A stretch of DNA of 64,000 bases. Origin: Cetorhinus maximus (lineage: Eukaryota). Shown piece by piece: positions 46,483 to 61,577 of this stretch; the first letter of the stretch is position 1; every line of letters starts with the position of its first letter. The stretch is taken from assembly GCF_964194155.1 (NCBI RefSeq), contig NC_135899.1, forward strand, positions 35,154,001 through 35,218,000, given 5' to 3'. The position numbers were made by a program, and so were the translations under genes. Below the pieces are notes generated by a model. The model ran no database searches, was not told the origin of the DNA, and saw nothing but the letters and a program-made list of their open reading frames with translations.

Positions 46483-49478
46483 TGTAGTAATTATAGCTTT
46501 GAGAAATGTAGGACTGTGGCTTTAAGAATAATCCTGTGTTGTAAGATCACATGATCTGTGTAAGCCAATGAGTTAGCAGTGCTGGGAACCTCAGGAGAGA
46601 GTTATTGTTTCCTTTTGGAGTTTGATGTACATGTATAGTTGCTGCTGCCGTCTTGTAAATAAAGTTAAATGTTTCCACCAAGAAAAGCATTCTGAAGGTC
46701 AACTCTATAGCAAACTGGCAATGTGGATAAATCAGATCCATTGAAGTACCTCGCCCAGTGATTGTGAGTATGTAAGTTCATTAAAAAGAAAGGAAGGTAT
46801 ACTCATTCAAGATGCCACAGTTTGGCAGAATCGATCCCTTTGAATCAGCCACCGATGACTGGTCTTAATATATAGAACGTCTTGTGTTCTTCTTTCAAGC
46901 CAACAAAATCACAGGGGAGGAAAAGAGGAGAGCGATTCTCACGAGTATTTGTGGGAGCACGAGTTTAATCTGAAAATTGATGGCCCCCGGTGCCCCAGAT
47001 TTGAAGACTGTCAGTGAATTAGTGGACCTCGTTAAGGGATATTTTCAACCCAAGCCCTCAGTCACAATGTAGAGGTTCAAGTTGAATTCACGGAATAGAG
47101 CCCCAGGGGAGACCATTGATACCTGAGTAGCGAAATTAAAACAACTAACAGAATATTGTTATTTCGGTGAAACCCTGAATGAAATGCTGAGGGATCGTTT
47201 GGTATGTGACGTGCAGGAAGATGCTATTCAGCGAAGATTACTGACTGAAGTGAACCTTGAATTTAAGAAAGCTTTTGAAATAGTGCTTGCAATGGAAAGC
47301 ACTGTAAGGGATTCACAGGCGATTCAAGGGGCACAAAATGGTGCTATTCTCCTAGTTGGGTGGGAACAGTCGGTCGAAAGTGACACGAAAAGCCGGGACT
47401 CCACCACGAAGCTAACCGAAAATTGAGAAGAAAGAGCTTAGCAGCAAATTCGAAAACTAATTTTTATCGACGTAGAAACCATCATACTCCTAACGGTTGG
47501 CAATTTTAAAAAGTAGAGTGTTATTTTTGTCACAGAAGTGGAAACATATTTAAACATTGCAAAGCGATATTTAAACAGGCTTCCAGACAACAATTGGAGT
47601 CCAATGAAGTATATGGTATAGAAGAGCCAGAAACAACCAATTTTGACATTTATTCATTGTTCAACATGAAAGGTGGGAAGACAGAGCCAATTATTGTCAC
47701 AGTGTAAGTGAATGGTAAACCCTTAAAAATGGAAGTAGACACGGGTGCTTCTACCACTGTAATAGGAGAACATACTTTCAGATATTTTAATAAAGGTAAG
47801 CAACAATTAAAGTTGGAACAAATATCTTCCAAGTTGAAAACGTACACAGGCAAAGAAATCCAGGTAAAAGGTATCACCAAAGTAACTGTTCATTATAGAC
47901 ACCAATCGGCACAACTACCCATGATGGTATTAGAAGGTAGAGGACCAAGTCTTCTTGGTCAAAATGGTTGAGGGGAGTTAACCTTGATTGGCCAGTGAGA
48001 TTTCAAAAGGAAGCTGGAAGGGTTCCTGAGTTGAAAAAGGTACAAGGCAAGGTACTTCAGAAAGAGCCTGGAGAGTCCGAGGACCACGACTGGATGAAAA
48101 AAGGAGTGTGTAAGCATTCAGCAACCTGAAGAAATGAAGACTGTCTTAACAACATGGAAGAACAGCAGAAGAAACCCAAGGAGTCTGCTGAATGACAGAA
48201 TTCAAGATGAAGTGAGTGAGCTTCGCAAAGAAAAGGAAAACCTGTTGAAAGACCTTCACACACGACAAGGATCCCTCACGTCAATGTTTGTAGCTCTGAA
48301 ACGTTACGAAGAGAGACAGGAAGAATGTTAACATCTCTCTGAACAAACTGAAGAACCAGTTGGCAGAAAAGACACAGCAATGTTCAAGGTTCCAGGAGGA
48401 AGTCAACAGATACAAGAAGGAAATAGAAGAGCTGAAAAGTCAGCTAAATGAAGCTAAAGAGGCTTTGAAAGTAAAAGTCATAGAACTTTCCAAGATGCAA
48501 GTAGATAATGACGTCATGGGTAACTCAACTACTGAACTAAGACAAGTTGAGATTGCATCTGAGAGAAGTCTGGCCGACAGTGAAGTCAAAAAGAAGGCCG
48601 TGACTAAATTCTGTGGTAGAAAGAAGGAGACACGTAGAAAGAGGATGCAGAATTACTGATGAGGCGCCATCTTCGGACAAGACTAAGGCTGATACTTGCC
48701 AATTTGGAGGGCAAGGTGGAGAAAAGTCAAGGCAACCAAAAAGCTACTCATGATTGCATAGTCGTGAACGACAGTTTACTGTTGGAGAAGCAGTGTATGT
48801 AACGAATTTCGGTGGAAGATCTAAGTGGTTACCCGGTAAAGTAAGCACTGTGACCGGACCATTGTCATACCACCTGGGAGGGCTGGATCACCTGTAAGCA
48901 TGTGGATCATTTAAGAAAAGTAGAGATACCCCAACAAAATGAAGTCCCACCTGTAACCATTGCTGAACCAGTGGTTCCTGTTGAAGATGCTCAACCAAGG
49001 ACAGACATGCCCGATGTCTCTGTCAGAGTGGAAGACACTGAACTGCATATGCCTACTGAGGTACCTGGTGTTAATGCGATTCCAGAGAATGTGTTTCCTA
49101 CAAAAGAATCTGAAGTTGTGGAGCTGCGACATTCCACATGGATCAGGAAGCCACCTGAAAGACTGAACTTGTAATTTCATGACCTGTGTAAACATTGTAA
49201 TGCCATGAGATAAATATCCTCATAAATACAAAATGTACAGAAAAGTTAAACAGGAGGAATGTAGTAGTTATAGTTCTGAGAAATGTAGGACTATAGCTTT
49301 AAGAATAATCCTGTGCTGTAAGATCACATGATCTTTGTGTAAACCAATGTGTCAGCAGCTCTCTACAAGAGAGTCCTTTAGTTCTGGAGTTTGATGCACG
49401 TGTGTAGCTGCTGCTGCTGTCTTGTAAATATAGTTAAATGTTTCCACCTCCAAAAGTCTGAAAATTAACTCTACAACA
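46483..49478 (+). mobile_element. Non-autonomous Gypsy (Mag-like) with both LTRs; RT, RNase H and most of integrase replaced
   Basis: LTRs 46483-46712 and 49260-49478. TSD ctgcg/ctgtg. PBS-like tggcaatgtggat. Gag (LRDRLVC..., CYFC...H), protease DTGAS, integrase C-terminal remnant, PPT caggaggaa. Confidence 0.88.
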
Positions 49479-49547
49479 CTGTGTGAGAAAATCCAGCTGA
49501 GAGACCTGTCTACTCGGTGCTTTGTGCTGAACTGTTTGACCGGAGCT

Positions 49548-50733
49548 AAAAACAAAAAGCTAAAAGCTACTGCGGATGCTGGAAATCCAAAACAAAAACA
49601 GAATTACCTGGAAAAACTCAGCAGGTCTGGCAGCATCGGTGGAGAAGAAATCAGTTAACGTTTCGAGCCTTCACGGCCCTTCGGCAGAACTGAAGCGTAG
49701 TTAGGAGAAAGGTGAAATATAAGCTGGTTTAAGGTGGGGGGGGGGGGGGGGGGGGAGAGAAGTTGAGGGTGTGGTGATTGTGGAGATAAGCAAGCAGTGA
49801 TAGGAGCAGATAATCAAAAGATGTCACAGACAAAAGGATCAAAGAGGTGTTGAAGGTGGTGATATTTGTCTAAGAAAAATGCTAATTAAGAATGGAAGAC
49901 AGGACACTCAAAGTACAGCTCTAGTGGGGATGGGGTGGAAAAGACTAACAAGGTTTTAGTTTTAGATTTTAAAATAATGGAAATAGGTGGGGAAAGAAGA
50001 CTCATTGGAGAGACCAAACGCAAACTGGGCGACACACCTGCAGTCTGTCCGCAAGAAAGACCCAAACCTCCCTGTCGTTTGCCATTTTAACACTCCACCC
50101 TGTTCTCTTGCCCACATGTCTGTCCTTGGCTTGCTGCATTGTTCCAGTGAAGCCCAACGCAAACTGGAGGAACAGCACCTCATCTTCCGACTAGGCACTT
50201 TACAGCCTTCCGGGCTGAATATTGAATTCAACAACTTTAGATCTTAAACTCCCCCTCCCCCCATCCCCACCCCGTTTCTCCCCCCCCCCCCCCTTTTTTT
50301 TCAATAATTTATATAGATTCTTCTTTCCCCACCTATTTCCATTATTTTAAAATCTAAAACTAAAACCTTGTTAGTCTTTTCCACCCCACCCCCACTAGAG
50401 CTGTACTTTGAGTGTCCTGTCTTCCATTCTTAATTAGCACTTTTCTTAGACAAATATCACCACCTTCAACACCTCTTTGATCCTTTTGTCTGTGACATCT
50501 TTTGATTATCTGCTCCTATCACTGCTTGCTTATCTCCACAATCACCACACCCTCAACTTCTCTCTCCCCCCCCACCCCCCCCCCCACCCGCCACCTTAAA
50601 CCAGCTTATATTTCACCTTTCTCCTAACTATGCTTCAGTTCTGCCGAAGGGCCGTGAAGGCTCGAAACGTTAACTGATTTCTTCTCCACCGATGCTGCCA
50701 GACCTGCTGAGTTTTTCCAGGTAATTCTGTTTT
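49548..50733 (+). mobile_element. Penelope-like element with GIY-YIG C-terminus between inverted pseudo-LTRs
   Basis: ORF 49987-50247 (PVVCHFN...HMSVLGL...RKLEEQHLIFRLGTLQPSGLNIEF). Inverted arms 49590-50000/50319-50738. TSD tgtttgac(c/t)ggagct (49533-49547/50734-50748). Confidence 0.9.
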
Positions 50734-51873
50734 TGTTTGACTGGAGCTGTGTGTTGGATATTGAGTGTGTTTATTGGAAGCATTTCCCTTCTGATTTACA
50801 GGCTGAGTTTTGTTGATGGGTCATTACTGAATATGAGAAGGTGAGGTGTAATTATCTGGGAGGTGCAGAGTGTCTGAGGATTCTTACTGATTTCCTACTA
50901 TGGAGTTCTGTGTGTGTTGAGAGTTATTTTTTGTACGGTGTGGATTGTAATTTATACAGTCCCTTTGACGGGATATTGCCCAGTCGGACCGGCAGTGCTG
51001 AGGAAGAGCTGCCTCTTTGGAAGCATCGTTAAAGATTTTACCTGAAGGCCTCGGCCTTTCCCAAAAGCCTGGGCTTGGATTTGATAGTTTTCCCAGTGCT
51101 GTGGCTGATAGCTGAATTTGGGATGTGCAGTCTGAGCGAGTGCAGTGTATCTAATTTCCCAGGATAAACCAGAACCCTTCAGTCAGCTACACTGAAGCAA
51201 TATTTTCCTCAGCTTCTCGCACTTCCTGCCCAGTGTGTTTTCTTCAAATAAATTTGGAAAACAAGAGGAGAAATTTCAAAATCTCCATTGAATTACCATA
51301 GCAGACTGGCGCTCCCTGTGGAACAGTCTCTAACTGAGGAGTCAGCCCCTTTAGCAAAGGAGGAGAGGGAGTTGGAGGAAATCATGTTTCCTTTTCCTGT
51401 TTTACAGAAGGATTGCACCGTACTACACCAGAGAATACAGAGAGGGTAGACACTGCAGATGGATCCTGACCATCATCCAAGGAACAACTGCACAACTGTG
51501 GGAATCATAGTCCCTTCGCAGCATTGCTCAACACAGAGAAGGTTGGGCAGTGAAACCTTCATCTGGAAATCAGCCGGGTCAGGGGAGCTTTGACATATCA
51601 TTAGATCTGAAACTGGTCAATGGTGTGGAACCTTCCATCAGAACCGACCTTTCTGAAGGTTCAGCTGTGGGCGATCAGTCAGGGTGAGGCTGGGCAGAAG
51701 TGTGAGTGGCTCCAAGTGTGGAGAGAGCTTCAATCATTCATCGAGCCTCATGAACCACTGACTCATTCCTACCAGTGAATGGTCGTTCAAGTGTGAGGAA
51801 GGCTCCACACAGATAAGATCTCCTAACAGATAAGGTGCATCCGTTGTCCCTTCTGTAATACTAAAGAAGCTAC

Positions 51874-54950
<3,077 letters not shown>

Positions 54951-55029
54951 ATAACCTCTACCAGCCTGAATACAAACAAAACCAGACATCCTCTTTAAAC
55001 CTCAATGCCCACTTATCGAGCAGGGATGG

Positions 55030-55404
55030 AACCAGACTGGTTGCCATGGTGATTTGAAGTATTAATCAGACACCCAGCAGGAGTTCCCTCTGATTCAGAA
55101 CAACATCAATTCTGATTGGCCAGAATCCCACTGTTTAATCAATCACCCACAAGATTTCAGTCGAAGATTGTGTTTCCTCAATATTAATCACACCTTTTTT
55201 GGGTGAATTTCCTGTAATTTTAAAGGCGGTTCCAATCTAGCAAGACCTTGTGATTGACAGCTGAGTGGGCCAATGGCCCTCTTCTCCCAAACACAGACAA
55301 AGAGTGAGTGAGAAAACCCCAGTAACCAGGAACTAAAGTCAGGATCAACGAGCTTTGGAATAGCTTCAATTGAAAGTCAGCCTACACATCAGGAGATGGT
55401 GAGA
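55030..55404 (+). promoter_or_regulatory. Candidate distinct promoter and first exon
   Basis: RFX X-box-like GTTGCCATGGTGAT (55040-55053), CCAAT motifs at 55115, 55232 and 55270, ending aggagATG|gtgaga (55396-55404). Confidence 0.35.
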
Positions 55405-55645
55405 ATGTGGCAACCAATGTGTGCACAGCAAGCTCCCACAGACAAATGTGATAATGACCAGATAATCTGTTTTTTAGTGATGTTGATTGAGGGATTAATG
55501 TTGGTCAGGACACCAGGGATAACTCCTCTGTTCTTCTTCAAAATAATGCCATGGTATCTTTTACACCCACCTTAGAGCTGGAGGCTTCTTGGTTGAGATC
55601 TCATCTGAAGGATGGCATCTCTGACAGTGCAGCACTGCTGCACTC
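55405..55645 (-). repeat. DeuSINE/SacSINE1-like SINE fragment
   Basis: Shared tail and Deu-like core ctgacagtgcagcact. Confidence 0.65.
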
Positions 55646-56227
55646 CTTTTCTGCCGTACTATTCTATGAAGGGTTCTCCATTACCATCCCTGGCTCTCAC
55701 TGTCATTTCACTGTGTTGGTCCGGAATAGAGACACCGTACATTGGAAGAGGTGGAAGCTTCACTCACAGGAGAGCCCAGTGACACCCTAGCTCAGCTCAG
55801 CTGCTGATGAAATCCTCATCCATACCTTTGTAGGCACCAGATTCAACTATTCCAATGCTCTCCTAGCTGCTCTCACATCTTGCACTGTAAACTTGAGCTC
55901 CTCCAAAACTCTGCTGCCTTACTTACACCAAGACCCATTGCCCAATCACTCCCGTGCTCGCTGATCGACATTGGCTTCTGGTCAAGCAACACCTCGATTT
56001 TAAAATTCTCATCCTTGTTTTCAAATCTCTCCATGGCCTTGCCTCTCCCTATCTGTGAGGTCAACAGAGGGCGGTAGAGAGAAGTGACTGAAGCATTCTG
56101 GGAGAAGTCACCGCAGACACCGCGATTCAGAAAGGGATCAAAGAGAAGGATTCTTGCACTCAACAGGAGGAAGAGCATCCAGTAGAAGCCGGCAGAGAGA
56201 AGTGACTGAAGCATTCTAGAAGAAGTC

Positions 56228-56264
56228 ATCGCTTCTCAGCCTTTTGGCTAAGATCAAGTGTAGT
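56228..56264 (+). ncRNA. U2: U2 snRNA 5' fragment (nt 1-37), head of Tx1 element; not a functional gene
   Basis: atcgcttctcagccttttggctaagatcaagtgtagt matches vertebrate U2 nt 1-37 at 36/37 (one CpG-type G>A). Confidence 0.93.
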
Positions 56265-59200
56265 CGTGAAGCGATGGCTATAACCAGTTGAGCCCCACAC
56301 CATGGGGTAAGTAATACCGTTCGGGTGGCGGTGAAGGACAGCGAAGGACGAGCACCCATGGATCGGGCCTTCTTCATCAAGTGGATCCTGTTGAAGTTGT
56401 GTGGATTTGAAGCTGTGGAGATCTACTCCCTGCAAGACTTAGCCAGTGCTGGATATTTCGACGTGACCTTCAGGAGTGTGGCAGCTTGCATCAAGTTCCT
56501 GAAGGTTTTCGAGGAGAAGAAAGACCAGCCGGAGATGAAAATCCCGACGGCAGAGTCACTCTTTGGTCTGCCGTTGCAACGGGATCGTGTGGTGACTGTG
56601 CATCTCTACAACCTCTACGTCCCTGCCGCCGATGTGCTACCTTCCTCGCCAGGTACGTCGAAAATGTTGGAAGCTGCACCGAGGTTAAAGATGCCTTCGG
56701 GATTTGGACCAGCAAACGCCAGATCAAGGTCACACTCAAGGCGGATGGTAAGGGAGCCATCTTCCACCCTCCTTCCAGCTTCGCTATCGGGGGAAGCCGG
56801 GGCTACCTTGTCTACGCTGGGCAGCCCAAACTTTGTCGCTCATGCGGCAAGTCTGGACATGTGGCGGCCAACTGCAGCGCCGCCCTCTGCAAGATCTACA
56901 AACAGGAAGGGCACCAGACAAAGGACTGCAAACAGACTAAGAGCTGCAACCTGTGTGATGAGGCAGGCCACCTCTATAGGACCTGCCCCAAATGCTGCCT
57001 CACTTATGCACAGGCAGCCAAAGCCAACGAGGGGGAAGCAGAGGAAATGCTTCGTGTCACCACTACCAAGGACATTTGCAACCCCCCAACCACCAAGGCC
57101 CACAGTGAGAACAACGGACAAAGGAGGGCACAAAGAGAGACAAGGTGGAAGAAAAGATTAAAGCAGCAGACAGCCAATCAACTGCACTGCTCTCTGAACC
57201 TCCCGCTCCTCAGGAGAGCGAATCAATGGAGGAGGAAGCAGCAGAAAATCAGCAGGGGGAGTGGCAGCTGGTGAAGAGAGCCAAAAGGAAGAAGGGGCTA
57301 AGAAGGGACCAAGCCATTTCCCAGACAAGTGGCAAGAGGCGTCTCCCATCTGACACGGATGACAAGGGCAGCTGCTCTTCGGACGAAGAAGGGCAAGGGC
57401 GGCACCTACAGAAGAAGCGGCAAAGCTCTAGGGAGTTGGAGGATGAGACACCCGAGCTCCAGAACATTGGAGACAATGAGGAGACCAACGCACCCCAACT
57501 CTGCCTACAACCCGAAGAGGCAAGCGCACCTCAGCCCCAGGAATCTGGGAGCGGTGAAGTGCTCAGCGCAACCCAGCTCCAGGAAGCCGGGAGCAGCAAC
57601 GCCCCAGAGGGGGAGAGGATCAGAGAGACTTCTCCAACAGAGAACAATTCAAATCTCGTTCCTTGAACGAACCCCCAGATGCCATCTGAGTGGAACATCT
57701 CCAATGGGGCGGTTCAGGACAGCTTCCTCAGCCCATCCAAAGTGAGGCAATTTGTGAACACTATGGGTATGCAGGAGCAGACCAAAGGTCTGGAACTCTC
57801 AAAGACAACGGGTTTGGTAAGAGACTAAATGCTTTAAAATGGGTGTAAAAATTGTATCCATAAATGTGCGTAGCATTAAGTCTACTACGCGATGTGTTAC
57901 GACCTTGGACTACCTTGCCAAGGTCAAAGCTGACCTGCTGTTTCTGCAGGAGTGTGCGATACCGCACCTCAGCTCCTACAGGCAATGGTCACGATGGTGG
58001 TCCCATGGGCCATCAATCTGGTCGGGAGGAAACGACTTTCGTTCCTCCGGCCTGGGTATTCTGCTGCAGGGAGGCATCTTCACCATCTCCGAGGTTAAGG
58101 AGGTGGTGGGCGGGTGCCTCCTCGTAGCAGACGTAATGTACAAGAACGCTCCACTCCGGTTAATTAACGTGTACGCCCCGGCACAAAAGAGCGAGTGGCT
58201 GGGGGTCTTTCAGCAGCTCCCACTGCTGCTGGCGACCTCCAGGCCGGTCATTCTGGGCGGTGACTTCAACTGCATCATCGATGTGGCTGGACGATCCGGC
58301 AGGGTCAACAGCAGATTGGACGCTACGTCCAGATACCTGATGGAAACAGTTAAGGATGCCAAGCTGCACGACGTCTTCAGCAACCCTGCTGATGGAGCGC
58401 AGCGTAGATACACCTGGTCGCAGCCAGACGGGTCCATCCGTTCCAGGATAGACTTTCTTTTTGTGTCCCGTGCGTTCACAGTCAGATCCACCGACATCAA
58501 GCCGGTGTTCTTCTCTGACCACTGCCTCCGACTGGCTGACTGTCACTTAGAGGAAGACCAGAGGGTGGGCAGGGGGACATGGAAGCTAAACGTGTAACTG
58601 CTGACCCCAGAGAACATTGAGGAGCTCAAGAGGGATTACAAAGGTTGGAGAACCGTGAAACCCCTCTTTGAGTCCCTGACACACTGGTGGGAAGTGATCA
58701 AGCGAAACATCACGAAGTTTTTCATCCTCAAAGGCGTCCAGAAAGCTAGAAAGGAACAGAGGGATATGTCCCTACTCCAGAAAGACATGCAGAATCTGCA
58801 ATGACTGCAGTCGAAGGGGGTCGATGTCAAGGAGGAACTCCAAGAGGTGAAGAGCCAGCAAACCTCGTTGTTTGCCTCGGAGGCCTCCAAGATCATCTTC
58901 CGTTCCAGAGTCCGCTCCGTGGAGCAGGATGAGACGTGCTCACGTTTCTTCTTCCAAAAGGTACATAGAGAGAGCTCTGTGATCAGCAGCCTGAAGGAAG
59001 AAGACGGCTCAGTAAAGTCATCGCAGTCCGACATTTTGAGGATCAGCAAGTCCTTTTATGCTGGATTGTATGATGTGAAGCCCGTAGACAGCACGGCCTC
59101 CCAGTCCTTCCTGTCCTCTATCACGGAGGTCTTAGACGACAGTACACGGAAGAGCCTGGACAAACTGCTAACTGCTGACGAGCTGACTAAGGCCCTTGAG

Positions 59201-61577
59201 TCCTTCGAGAAGAGTAAGACTCCCAGACGCGACGGCTTGCCGGCGGAGTTGTATTCGGCTCTGTGGGACTGGATCGGCCCAAACCTGCTAGAAGTGTACG
59301 AGAGTATGCTTATGGCCGGCAGCATGTCAGAATCCATGAGGAAAGGCATCATCAGCCTCATCTACAAGCACAAGGGGAAAGGGAGGAAATTAGCAATTGG
59401 CGATCCATTTCACTGTTGAACGTGGACTATAAGATTCTGTCCAATCGGGTCAAGTCCGCTCTGGAATTGGTGATCCACCCTGACCAGACCTGCACTGTGC
59501 CGGGCAGGAAGATCTCTGACAGCCTCGCTCTGCTCAGGGATACGATTGCCTATGTACAGGACAGGGGTGTGGACACCTACCTCATCAGCCTTGATCAGGA
59601 GAAGGCCTTTGACAGAATATCGCACACCTATATGGTGGATGTGCTCTCCAAAATGGGGTTTGGGGAGGGAATTCGCAATTGGATCCAGCTGCTCTACGCT
59701 AACATCAGTAGCGCAGTCTCAATCAATGGGTGGGAATCAGATAGCTTTCCAATTAAATCTGGAGTCAGGCAGGGCTGCCCTCTCTCCACTGTCCTGTTTG
59801 TGTGTTGCATAGAACCCTTTGCTGAGTCCATCAGGAAGGATCCGGGCATAAGAGGAGTGATGATCCCAGGCAGTGGAGGCACTCAGGTCAAAGCCACCCT
59901 GTAGATGGACGATGTCGCCGTCTTCTGCTCGGACCCGCAGTCAGTGCACAGACTGATCCACATCTGCGACCAGTTCGAACTGGCCTCGGGAGCCAAGGTA
60001 AATCATGGGAAGAGCGAGGCCATGTTCTTTGAGAACTGGGCTGACCGATCCTTTGTCCCCTTCACTGTCAGGGCTGACGGCCTGAAGGTGCTGGGGATAT
60101 GGTTCGGAGGGACCGGGGCATGCGTTATAAACTAGAAGGAGCAAGTGTCTATGGTGCAAAGAAAACTGGGCACGTGGGAGCAACGCTCCCTCTCCATTGC
60201 GGGTAAGAACCTGGTCATCAGGTGTGAGGCACTCTCGCTGTTGCGGTACGTGATGCAGGTCTGGCCCATTCCAGACTCCTGTGCGATGGCGATCACCCGA
60301 GCCATCTTTCGCTTTATCTGGAGGTTGAAAATGGATTGTGTCTGCAGGGACACGATGTACAAGCCTCTAGATAAAGGGGGAAAAAATATGCCCAACATCG
60401 CCCTCAAACTGATGGCCACCTTTATGCGCGGCTGCATCAAGCTGTGCGTAGACCCTTGGTACGCAAACACCAAGTGTCACTACGTGCTGAGGTTTTACCT
60501 GTCCCCGGTATTGTGAAGGATGGGTCTGGCCACGCTGCCGCGGAACGCTCCAAGTAGTTGGACCATGCCGTACCACCTGTCCCTCGTGGAAAAATATATG
60601 CAGAGAAACACCTTTGACCACAAGTCCATCAGGCAGTGGTCGGCACGTAACGTCTTAGAGGCCCTGCGGGAAAAGGAGAGGGTGGATCCTGTGGGATGGT
60701 TCCCCGAGTAGACTGTCAAAGTCATTTGGCAGAATGCCTCATCGCCAGAACTTTCCAACAAGCACCAAGATGTAGCTTGGCTGGGGATGAGAAAGGCCCT
60801 CCCCGTCAGATCCTTCCAACGCACCAGGAGTCTCACCCCCTCTGCACGTTGCCCTCGAGGTGGCTGTGGTGGGCACGAGACCGTTGTTCACCTCCTTGTG
60901 GATTGTGCCTTTGCAAAGAAGGTCTGGAGAGAGATGCAGTGATTTCTCTCGAGGTTCATCCCGAGCAGTTCTGTGACACAGGACTCTGTGCTCTACGGGC
61001 TGTTCCCAGGGACACACACTGAGACAAACATCAACTGCAGCTGGAGGATCATCAACTCGGTGAAAGACGTCTGGTCTTTGGTCTACCCGAAACTTGTTGG
61101 TCTTCCAGCGCAAAGAGTTGTCCCCAACCGAGTGTTGCAGACTGGCACATTCCAAGGTCCAGGATTATGTGCTAAGGGACGCAATAAAGCTTGGGGCAGC
61201 CGCTGCAAAGATGACATTGGGAAAGGTCGCTGTCTAAGACCTTTCTGCCATAGTGCACCAAGGGGCTGGGAACTGTTGAGAACCCCTCGGGCTGTACAGC
61301 TCACAATGAATGTGTGCATTGAATACTAGTTGTATTATAATTGTATTGAAGCACCTCAGAGTGCAACATGATGTATGTTGATAACTCCAGTAACATTGAC
61401 TGATTGTCTGTAATGACCATATTGAAATGATTGTATTATTCATTGATTTTATTGAAGCACCTCGGGATCCATGTGTAAAAGTTGAATCTGATTGTCCTTT
61501 TTGTGATGGTGATTTTGAAATGTTTTGTAATATTCTTCCAGATATTTTATGAATAAAGTATATTTTTCAAAAAAAAA
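56228..61577 (+). mobile_element. Full-length Tx1-clade (Keno-like) LINE, mildly degenerate
   Basis: ORF1 from ATG 56274 (ZCCHC3-like, CCHC knuckles). ORF2 from 57839: APE (SINVR, FLQEC, INVYAP, GGDFNC, SRIDF, FSDH), RT (SLDQEKAFD, GVRQGCPLS, MDD), C-terminal Cys/His motif. AATAAA 61552, poly(A) 61569-61578, 15-bp TSD (13/15). Confidence 0.92.

Noticed and set aside
56228-56264. Functional U2 snRNA gene
   Set aside because: Only nt 1-37 are present. No Sm site or 3' part, and it lies inside the LINE TSD.
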